A stretch of 24,466 nt of DNA from an uncultured Pseudomonadota bacterium (GTDB taxonomy: Bacteria; Oederibacteriota; Muellerivitia; Muellerivitales; Muellerivitaceae), in contig CAWJKT010000022.1 in the NCBI GenBank assembly GCA_963843375.1, positions 1-24,466 on the forward strand, in the 5' to 3' direction. The stretch's first letter is position 1; each line of letters begins with the position of its first letter. A program made the translations under genes and the position numbers. Below are positions 1-7,292 of this stretch, one piece after another. Below the pieces are notes generated by a model. The model was not told the DNA's origin. It was given only the letters and a program-made list of their open reading frames with translations, and ran no database searches.

Positions 1-436
1 GTCGCTGTTGGGGGCGCCGGAGACGGAGCCCATGAAGGTCGCGCTGGCCGTGCCGCCATCGACGTTATCGTTGCCCTTGTATTCAGCCGGGGGCGACCAT
101 TCGGTGCTCCAGCAAAGGACGTTGGGGTTGGCCGCGTGGGCAGCAGTGACGTTGTTCAGTTCGCTGTTCCAAGCGCTGGTGTTGCCACCGACCGCGGTGG
201 GGTCGATGCGTGTCCGCAGGGAGGAGAGGCCGAGATGCCCGTTCACATTGTCGATTCCGAATACCGCCTGTCCCCCGACGGCGCTGAAGCTGCTCCAGGC
301 GCTGGACGCCCCGATACAATGGATATACTGATTCGTAACGGTGGCGTCCCACCGTGCATGTTTGGGCCCAAAGGTTGGTGCCAGCACCAAGAAATACCGA
401 AAGCAAAAATATGTCGACCAGGTTTTGAATTTTCAT
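1..436 (-). CDS. Secreted glycoside hydrolase family 30 (XynC/glucuronoxylanase-like), N-terminal part; runs off the window; one-base frameshift at ~348-350
   Basis: Signal peptide MKIQNLVDIFLLSVFLGAGTNLWA-Q. Removing one base from the CCC at 348-350 gives an open frame to position 1: TVDATVTNQYIHCIGASSAW...HLGLSSLRTRID...WNSELNNV...NVLCWSTEWSPPAEYK, matching the GH30 pattern (Q.I.GFG, LG.S.LR.RID, W.PP..K). Confidence 0.75.
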
Positions 437-790
437 TTTTTCAGCATCTCCATTACCTCAAAACCAGCGGGTTCCCGATGAAAATTTTCCTCGCCCACCC
501 TGACCACCACAAGCAGAAGCACGGCCATCACCAGGGGCCCGGAAGGGTGTGTGGTAAAAATCGTTTTAACTTGGGTGAACCGTATCGGTTCCTCAGGGGC
601 CAGCAACGAAGGAGCTGGAACATTCTTTATTGATAATACCCCAAGATGGATCGCAGTCCGCTTTCAAAAGAACAAACACGGAAGATCTTTAAACCAGACT
701 TCGTTCCTCCTGCACTTCCCTTAACAAGATTAGTGTTTGATCGACATGGTTTTATTCCAAAGACCGGCAAAATTTTATTTTTTTATTCGC

Positions 791-803
791 AGAAACGGTT
801 TCT
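791..803. promoter_or_regulatory. Palindrome AGAAAC-G-GTTTCT, candidate LacI-family operator upstream of the GH30 gene
   Basis: Perfect 6-1-6 inverted repeat in AT-rich intergenic DNA about 355 nt upstream of the GH30 start; resembles GAAAC(C)GGTTTC LacI-type sites. Confidence 0.35.
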
Positions 804-865
804 AATTTTAGACCCGGGAAAAGGCTCAAATGTGCCTCTCTGGCCGTCTTTGGAAAACTCTTGAG

Positions 866-950
866 TTTAGAATTGTGACGGTTTTGGGTCCTTACTTGGC
901 CTAATTCGAATTGACGGCCAAACGAGACCCAAAACCTTCACAATTCTAAA
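866..950. repeat. Long imperfect inverted repeat, 85-nt hairpin
   Basis: Arm 866-890 TTTAGAATTGTGACGGTTTTGGGTC and arm 926-950 GACCCAAAACCTTCACAATTCTAAA are complementary at 24 of 25 positions; inner stems TTGGCC/GGCCAA (896-901/916-921) and TAAT-TCGA-ATTG. Confidence 0.9.
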
Positions 951-1011
951 TTAGTTATAAACCCAAGGTGTCTGGAATTTAAGCGACCCCGGCGTCAGTT
1001 CAATGAAACCT

Positions 1012-1523
1012 TCATTTTGAATTTTTTTCCGGGTTTAAAAGTCTTTCGAGGTATCGAACACAAAGAGTTGTTTCATCCTCAAAAATAAAGGTTCGGAAGA
1101 AAAAAACAACAAATAGAATAGACCAGCCCAAGACGATGAAGGGTTCCGAAATGAGCTTTCCACGGATTGAAACGGCGCTGGCCAAAACCAATACCAGGAA
1201 GAGATCAAAATATTATTTTTGAAATTAACGGGATGTTTTGCTGAAGCCTTAAATACGGGCTGAGCGGCGTCCCCGGAAATTTCCACTTCCCAAAATTCGT
1301 CCTCCCCATAATCTCTGGGAGATAAACCCATGGGATGAACCCAATTGGCGATTTTAAAATGCAGCGCGTCTATCCAAGTGACGACGTATTGGTCGGGCCA
1401 TTGCATGTTGTCCTTGAATCGAATGCCGCGATCAGCCACGGGGATCTCGAATTCTTTCAGGGCCTCCTTGCCGATTTCCAGGCTGAGGCTTGACTTGATT
1501 TCAACTATTCTCGCTCGGGGCAA
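1012..1523 (-). CDS. Hypothetical membrane protein with two C-terminal TM segments; probable frameshift near 1200
   Basis: TTG start with AGGAG 6 nt upstream. The track ORF ends at 1035, but restoring one base near 1200 gives FLVLVLASAVSIRGKLISEPFIVLGWSILFVVFFFRTFIFEDETTLCVRYLERLLNPEKNSK* ending at 1012, a more protein-like two-helix tail. Confidence 0.6.
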
Positions 1524-1563
1524 TTGAAAGCTCCTGTTGGTAAATTAATTTTTGGAAAACTTG

Positions 1564-2529
1564 TTAGGGACCAAATTTTTCAATCCTGTCGGCGCCCCAG
1601 TCCACAACGTATAGATTACCCTTCCCATCCACCGCAACGCCAGCGGGCATGGAAAATTGCCCATTCCCTTTGCCGGACACGCCCCATTGGGTTATATAGT
1701 CTCCCTCAGAAGTGAACTCCTGTACCCGGTTGTTGTCCGAATCCACCACATAGACATGATCCTTTTGGTCGACGGCGATTCCATCGGGACTGCTGAATTG
1801 ACCATCTTCTTTTCCGACCTTTCCCCATTGGGAGATGAACGCCCCGGAAGGGGTGAATTTCTCGACGCGGTTGTTGTGAAAATCCGAAACATAAACATTT
1901 CCTCCGGAGTCCACCGCAATGCTGTTGGGCGAATCGAATTGACCCTTTCCAGCGCCCAGTTCGCCCCATCCATTTAAATAGGTTCCGGTGGAAGTGAATT
2001 CTTGGATACGGTTGTTGGCCGAATCCACGACATAGACGGTTTCGTCCTTGCCAATTGAAAGGGAAGTGGGATTGAAAAGCTGGCCCTTCCCATTCCCGTA
2101 TTCTCCCCACTGGGTGATATAGACCCCGGTGGAATTGAACTTCTTGATTTGGTTGTTCAATGTATCGGCGACGTACACATTTTCATGGGAATCCAAGGCC
2201 ACGCCCAAAGCATGGTGTAACTGAAGGGTTCCGGTGCCTTTGCAACCCCATTGGTTGACATAAACCCCTGAGGAGTCGAACACCTCAATGCGGTCATTGA
2301 CGTAATCCGCCACATAAACGTTGCCGCTTGGACCAACCGCGATGCCAAAGGCGCCCCACAATTGTCCCTTGCCAGGGCCGGAGCTCCCCCACTGCGCCAA
2401 ATAGGAATGGGCGGATGGGGTTGGGGTAGCGGGAGGCGCCGAGGTTTTCGAAGCGCTGTAGGAACAGACGGTTATGGAATTCACCAACAGTGATAAGATA
2501 AAAAGAAAGTAATTAAATTTCACCTTCAC
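1564..2529 (-). CDS. Secreted NHL-repeat six-bladed beta-propeller protein
   Basis: Hydrophobic N-terminus, Pro/Thr linker (APPATPTP), six ~47-aa repeats of QWG..G.G.GQF..P.GIAVD..GNVYV.D..N.RI..F. Confidence 0.93.
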   Translation of the reverse strand: MKVKFNYFLFILSLLVNSITVCSYSASKTSAPPATPTPSAHSYLAQWGSSGPGKGQLWGAFGIAVGPSGNVYVADYVNDRIEVFDSSGVYVNQWGCKGTGTLQLHHALGVALDSHENVYVADTLNNQIKKFNSTGVYITQWGEYGNGKGQLFNPTSLSIGKDETVYVVDSANNRIQEFTSTGTYLNGWGELGAGKGQFDSPNSIAVDSGGNVYVSDFHNNRVEKFTPSGAFISQWGKVGKEDGQFSSPDGIAVDQKDHVYVVDSDNNRVQEFTSEGDYITQWGVSGKGNGQFSMPAGVAVDGKGNLYVVDWGADRIEKFGP

Positions 2530-2767
2530 CCCGCGAAGTTTTAATTTCTTAAAGTTATAAACATTATCGGTCCAAAGAATTCGATCCAGATTATACTAAC
2601 CGGGTCTTTCTTAGTTGTCATTCCAAGGAGCAAAGCCGATAGGTTCGATTTTCGTCAAGCTAGTGGCAAGTTGGCCTTAGGGCCAATTAGAATTTCAGAT
2701 TTATGCTTTAGTTTTTAACCGAGATTGCCACGCCCCCCAGAAGCTCTGATGGGGACTGGGCTTTTCG

Positions 2768-3499
2768 ATGACGGCGAAATACAAACTTTATAATCATCTT
2801 TTTCTGGCGCTCGAAAAGGTCCCCCGTATGGCCCCTGAAACAAAATTGAAGAATGACCTCAATGGGTTGATTGATAATTTCATGAAAGATTGCCTGTTTT
2901 TCAGGGTTTGGAAAGAGGGTTCTATTGACCCGGAGATGTCCGAGAAATTTCTGGTCACCTTTGACGCCCTGGTGAAAAGTTTCCCGGCATTGATTGCGGC
3001 GGGGACGGCTCGAATGACGAACGAGGAAGCCCGCACGGTTCTTGCGGTGAACTTGTACCAGGAATGCGGGGAAGGGGATCTCGGGCGAACCCATTACGCC
3101 ATTTATCGAAAGTTTCTTTTGACCGCCGGAATTGACCTTTCTTCCATCGCCGAAAATGGGTTCGCCTCCGAGTGGCGAAACCGTCTGTCCGATTACATTA
3201 AGAACGCCGAAAGCCCCGGAGCCGTACTGGGGGCCCTGGCTGCGGGGGAATATCTGGCCCAGCCCGCCTTGACCCGGATCTATTCGGTCCTCAGACCTCA
3301 TTTTCCCGGCGCCGACCAGGAATATTTTGAGAAACACCTGGTTCTGGAGGAAGACCATGTCAGGGAAATCACCGCGATAATGGCGAAAGAGGCCGAGAAT
3401 AATGGCGGACTGGAAGAGGTGCTTTCAGGTTTTAAGATTGGTTTGTCGGTTTGGGGGGATTATTTTAACCATCTGACGGAGTTCGTCACCGAAAGCTAA
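2768..3499 (+). CDS. Heme-oxygenase-like diiron oxidase (CADD/PqqC/TenA-like iron-containing redox enzyme); true start may be ATG 2828
   Basis: Motifs NLYQECGEGDLGRTH (E...H), LAAGE (E), YFEKHLVLEEDH (H-x3-E-x2-H). AAGGT precedes ATG 2828 and TATAAT lies at 2789-2794, favouring the shorter start. Confidence 0.85.
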   Translation: MTAKYKLYNHLFLALEKVPRMAPETKLKNDLNGLIDNFMKDCLFFRVWKEGSIDPEMSEKFLVTFDALVKSFPALIAAGTARMTNEEARTVLAVNLYQECGEGDLGRTHYAIYRKFLLTAGIDLSSIAENGFASEWRNRLSDYIKNAESPGAVLGALAAGEYLAQPALTRIYSVLRPHFPGADQEYFEKHLVLEEDHVREITAIMAKEAENNGGLEEVLSGFKIGLSVWGDYFNHLTEFVTES

Positions 3500-3579
3500 A
3501 AATCCAATTAACCCCAAAGGCATTAGGGGTACCAAAAACGATGAACTAAAGTTTTTTTTAAAAAATCAATCTCTGGTTT

Positions 3580-4365
3580 TTAATTAAAAATCGGTAAGGG
3601 GTTGATGCGGCGGCATCCAAGCTTCACGATTTCAGTCACGTGTAACTGCATCATGAAACCGAGGTACTTTTCCTGGGCCAGGGCCAATTTCCGCCTCCGC
3701 TCGAAAGTCGCGCAATCCAAAAGAATTAAGTCCTTCCCGTTGGCGATGTGGGGGGGTTCGTCCTTTTCAATGTCGTAAATGGCGTTCATCAGCTCCTCAT
3801 CAAACAACCGCTTGAAAATGCTTGTTTCCAGGTCCGTCATGGAGGAAAGAACGATTTCTCCGGCGAACTGGTTGGCGGCGGCGATTTCCGAAGCCGTTTC
3901 GGCCTCCACTTGGACCTTCTGCATTTGGACGAGAATTTCAGGCAGTTGAAACTCGGCGATGCGGGGCTCCGACCCGAAGCGGCGAAGTTGTTGGGCGAAG
4001 ACATCGTAATGCCGCATCTCATCCTGGATCTGCCGGGCCAGCCTCAACCTCAAGTCGACTTGGTTCTCGGGCAATAGCGTAATCTCCCGGGCTTGGGCCA
4101 CGGTGCCGAAATACCATTCGGACCAGGCCCGGCGTCTCATATAAGCGATCAGATTCTCCCGGTAAACTTCCGGGTCCACGGTGATGAATTCGTAAGTCCT
4201 GGAATCGTATAGGTCGTCGCCTATATCTTTGGCGCGGTGGTAAAGGGCCTGCATGAATTCGTTAGGAGTCAGCTTCATCAACTCCGGCGAGGACCACTTG
4301 GAATAAGAAGGGACTTCCAGGGGTTTGTCCGTCAAGGGTGGTTGGTTTTTTTCAGTTTTTTGCAT
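3580..4365 (-). CDS. Ferritin-like diiron-carboxylate protein, function unknown
   Basis: Complete ligand pattern E (AWSE) ... DEMRH ... E (AGE) ... DEPPH; GAGGAG RBS upstream. Confidence 0.85.
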   Translation of the reverse strand: MQKTEKNQPPLTDKPLEVPSYSKWSSPELMKLTPNEFMQALYHRAKDIGDDLYDSRTYEFITVDPEVYRENLIAYMRRRAWSEWYFGTVAQAREITLLPENQVDLRLRLARQIQDEMRHYDVFAQQLRRFGSEPRIAEFQLPEILVQMQKVQVEAETASEIAAANQFAGEIVLSSMTDLETSIFKRLFDEELMNAIYDIEKDEPPHIANGKDLILLDCATFERRRKLALAQEKYLGFMMQLHVTEIVKLGCRRINPLPIFN

Positions 4366-4419
4366 GTTTACTCCTCGCTCTGGGCCTGTGGTGGTTTAAA
4401 TGGTTTTTTTGAGAGTTTA

Positions 4420-5121
4420 TTAAAATAGTCCTTCTTCCAAATTGACTCCGTACCAGATTTCCAAGCCTATCACACCCGTGGCCTCCATTTCACCGTTCAT
4501 GGGGTCGGAGGTCATGAAGGCCGGGGCTTTAGAGACGTCGGAGGCCTCATGGACCACGATCGCTGCTTCCGGTTCTCCCGGCAGGTGGTGGATGCTGTAA
4601 TTGCTGTTTTTATAATTCCGACCGGGATGGTTGTGTTTTCCGCCGTCTTCCTTAAAAAAACAATCCAGCCAAAACTTATAGTCCCTCACTTCATTTCGGG
4701 CAATCACGATACCGCCGGCCATTTTGGGCTGATCGGTGTATTTTCGCTCTTTGGAATCCAGCCCGTACCAAACCATGGGAATTTTGCCCCCCGCTTTGTC
4801 CATGGCGGCCAGGAAATCAGGGGACCGGACAAATTCCACGCCCTTTTCCAAGTCAGAACATTTGAGGGTCAGGATGTAGGTGAGGGGATCGTTCAAAACT
4901 CGGTGAAGGCTGTAGGCGGAAAAGCCATGGTCCTTGAGATTTTGCTTTTGATCGAGGAGGACTTCATGAAATGCCTTGAAATCTTCGAATTTTTGCCGGA
5001 TAAAAATATTTCCGGGGGCATTGAGCGTTGTGCTTTTACTCCAACCGTGGGAAGGCAGGCAGAGCAAAAAAGAAAAGGTTAAAAAAGCCAATGACGCTGC
5101 TATGGAAACGGGCCTTTCCAT
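4420..5121 (-). CDS. Secreted protein with two tandem dimeric alpha+beta barrel (ABM/cyclase-like) domains
   Basis: Signal peptide; internal duplication (RQKFEDFKAF..YSLHR..DP..SDLEKGVEFVRSPDFLAAMDKAG..VWYG versus RNEVRDYKFW..YSIHH..EP..SDVSKAPAFMTSDPMNGEMEATG..IWYG); GGAGG upstream of ATG 5121. Confidence 0.7.
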   Translation of the reverse strand: MERPVSIAASLAFLTFSFLLCLPSHGWSKSTTLNAPGNIFIRQKFEDFKAFHEVLLDQKQNLKDHGFSAYSLHRVLNDPLTYILTLKCSDLEKGVEFVRSPDFLAAMDKAGGKIPMVWYGLDSKERKYTDQPKMAGGIVIARNEVRDYKFWLDCFFKEDGGKHNHPGRNYKNSNYSIHHLPGEPEAAIVVHEASDVSKAPAFMTSDPMNGEMEATGVIGLEIWYGVNLEEGLF

Positions 5122-5148
5122 CAAAACCTCCTGGTGGCGGACAAACTT

Positions 5149-6636
5149 TTATTTAGTATGCTTTGCGATCCAATCGGTGATGAATTCCAGCACCGATGAG
5201 GCTGGAGTTGGGGTGACGTCGGCGTATTCACTGAAACCTCCCGATTTGCAATCTTGGAAGAGGTGGTTTACGCCTTTCCATTCCTGGACCAGATAATCCT
5301 GGTTTCCGCCCTTTTTCAAGGCCTTTTCAATCGCTGGTAAATTTTCCTCCGGAACCACCTGGACGTCTTTTTCCCCGTTCAAAGCCAGAACCGGGCATTG
5401 GACTTTCTCCAGGGCGCTTTGGGGATTGTAATCGATGAAAAAACGCAACCAAGGGGAAAGCATGAATTTTTCCTGGGTCTTGAGCGCGATCAGCATTGTT
5501 TCCTCGGTTTTGTTATCCCCCTTCGCCAATTGATGGGCGGTGGCCGCGCCAATTTGATGTATTTTTTTCAAAGTGGTCGTTCTATCCTCCCCTAAACGTA
5601 GCTCCTGGAACATCTCTTTTTGTGCCTTTTGGTTGATAGCGATATAGGAATCATTCTTTCCCGCCGCCTTGAGGGCGAGAACACTTTGGCTGTTGAGGAC
5701 TTTTTCCCCATTCAAGCCCGGACCTGCCATGAGAATGATGAAAGAAATGTCGGGGGATTTCACGGCGACCATCGGAGCGATCAACCCACCCTCGCTGTGT
5801 CCAATCAGGCCGATTTTTTGGCCGTTAATTTCTTTACGGCCTTTCAGGTAAACCACCCCCGCCAACGCATCGGCGGCGAAATCCTCACTGGTGGCCTTGT
5901 CGTAATCGCCCGTGGAAGATCCGATGCCCCGCTTGTCGTAACGCAGGGTGGCGATCCCCCGGCGGGTCAAATAATCGGAAATTACCAGAAAGATATGGTG
6001 CCCCATCACCGTTTCATCGCGGTTATGAGGTCCGGACCCCGCAATGAGAATCACGGCCGGGAAGGGCCCTGCGCCCTGGGGCAGGGTTAGGGTTCCCGCA
6101 AGGGTTATCCCTTCCTGGGGACCGGGGAAGAAAATCTCCTCATCCCGGTAAGGATAGGGCTTCTTGGGTTCCAACTCGTCGTTGGCCTTGCTTTTGTTTA
6201 CCATCGCTTGAAATTTTGGGTTTGGGGTTTCCTGCATCGGAGTTCCATTAGTTTTAAAAAGGTTCAGGGTCAGAAGCCTACCCTGGGTCCACTTCCCGTC
6301 AATTTCGGTACCATTCTCGTTAATCTGTCCATCATAGGTGCCGTTTACCGCCGGAACATCCATGTGTAAATGTCCATTTTCGAAGGTCACGGTTTCCACG
6401 GGAATCCCAAAAGCATTCTGGTCAGGGCTATCCTGGGTGGCGGTCAGGGTATGGTCTGTATTTTCCGTGATGATAAAGACAACCTTGAGATTTGCTTGTT
6501 CCAATATCCCTTCCCAAATTCCAACCGGTTTTTTTTCCATCGGTTCTCCAGCCAAAAGAGGGAAAGGAGAAAAAACCTCCCCTGCGAATATACCTAACAA
6601 GCATAGCCAGACCGGGTAATAGGCGATTTTCATCAT
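5149..6636 (-). CDS. Secreted alpha/beta hydrolase (S9/S15 peptidase-esterase-like) with N-terminal beta domain
   Basis: Signal peptide, DSPDQ N-domain motif, GSGPHNRDE, RYDKRG, nucleophile GHSEG, GEKDVQV, NHLFQ; GGAGG RBS. Confidence 0.92.
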   Translation of the reverse strand: MMKIAYYPVWLCLLGIFAGEVFSPFPLLAGEPMEKKPVGIWEGILEQANLKVVFIITENTDHTLTATQDSPDQNAFGIPVETVTFENGHLHMDVPAVNGTYDGQINENGTEIDGKWTQGRLLTLNLFKTNGTPMQETPNPKFQAMVNKSKANDELEPKKPYPYRDEEIFFPGPQEGITLAGTLTLPQGAGPFPAVILIAGSGPHNRDETVMGHHIFLVISDYLTRRGIATLRYDKRGIGSSTGDYDKATSEDFAADALAGVVYLKGRKEINGQKIGLIGHSEGGLIAPMVAVKSPDISFIILMAGPGLNGEKVLNSQSVLALKAAGKNDSYIAINQKAQKEMFQELRLGEDRTTTLKKIHQIGAATAHQLAKGDNKTEETMLIALKTQEKFMLSPWLRFFIDYNPQSALEKVQCPVLALNGEKDVQVVPEENLPAIEKALKKGGNQDYLVQEWKGVNHLFQDCKSGGFSEYADVTPTPASSVLEFITDWIAKHTK

Positions 6637-6677
6637 AACGATTAAGACCTCCCCCTAGTGGACAACTTTACTATAGG

Positions 6678-7241
6678 CTAAGCTTTTACTCGCTTGAGAG
6701 TATTCTTATCCCGGTGTTCAAATATTTTCGGCTGGCCTTTGATTTGGATTTTCGTCAGCTGGTCATAAGTGAAACTGTCGCCTTCCAAGGTCATCTGAAG
6801 CTCGAAACCCACCGTTTGGAATTCTTTATCCAAAAAGGGGTTAGAGCAAATCCCGAAGGTTTTGGAACCCAGTTCCGCGGTGAGTTTGAACTTTTTGGCG
6901 TTGGTTTCCACCAAACCACCCGCTAAGATGACCTCGCCTCGGGGAATGGTTATACATTTGAAGACCTGCTTGGCGGCGGGGTCCCAAATCCAATAACCAA
7001 CTTCATCGTGAAAGTCATTGGACTCGCCAATGCGGAAGGCCTGGGTGTGATAACGAAGCCCGAAGAGCTTCTGCTCGTGATTTTCAAGCGGGGTAAAGGC
7101 CTCGAATATGGTACGTTCGCGGAAGAAGTTTTTTTCCGTGCCCCGGTCATCCCCAGGGGCCGTATCGTCCCCGGTACTCCCTTCCCAAATTCCAGCCAGA
7201 GGGGCCAGCGGGCCCAAATCCCTAAGTGATTCGGTTGTCAT
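6678..7241 (-). CDS. Nitrobindin/THAP4-like heme-binding beta-barrel (DUF1794, FABP-like)
   Basis: LGPLAPLAGIWEG, GLRYHT, FHDEVGYWIWDP, IPRG, FEHRDKNTLKRV; AGGAGG RBS. Confidence 0.85.
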   Translation of the reverse strand: MTTESLRDLGPLAPLAGIWEGSTGDDTAPGDDRGTEKNFFRERTIFEAFTPLENHEQKLFGLRYHTQAFRIGESNDFHDEVGYWIWDPAAKQVFKCITIPRGEVILAGGLVETNAKKFKLTAELGSKTFGICSNPFLDKEFQTVGFELQMTLEGDSFTYDQLTKIQIKGQPKIFEHRDKNTLKRVKA

Positions 7242-7292
7242 TACTTTCCTCCTTTTAAAATGAAAATTGAATTCGGCATTATTCCTCTGTCT

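Noticed and set aside
136..864. Plus-strand ORFs 136..633 and 646..864
   Set aside because: The first is antisense to the GH30 gene; the second has no RBS or recognisable motif and overlaps AT-rich regulatory-looking DNA.
852..960. Integron attC site
   Set aside because: AAC/GTT triplets flank the hairpin, but the boxes (GGAAAAC, GTTATAA) do not fit RYYYAAC/GTTRRRY on either strand, and there is no second copy or integrase in the window.
750..960. Retron msr-msd or 6S RNA
   Set aside because: No reverse transcriptase nearby and no convincing closing stem with central bubble; cannot be supported without a covariance search.
1564..2400. Periodic ~141-nt DNA similarity as a repeat array or CRISPR
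   Set aside because: Explained by NHL protein repeats; degenerate at synonymous positions, with no identical repeats or spacers.
2671..2760. Small hairpins (TTGGCC-TTAG-GGCCAA; CCCCAGA...TCTGATGGGG) as a riboswitch
   Set aside because: No recognisable riboswitch consensus; short stems are expected by chance.
2708..3358. 216-aa minus-strand ORF and other long antisense ORFs (4549..5082, 13269..13769, 19204..19611, 19676..20212)
   Set aside because: Shadow frames of well-supported genes on the opposite strand, with no motifs.
3511..3530. Terminator between the convergent diiron genes
   Set aside because: Only a 5-bp stem (ACCCC/GGGGT) with a 10-nt loop; too weak to call.
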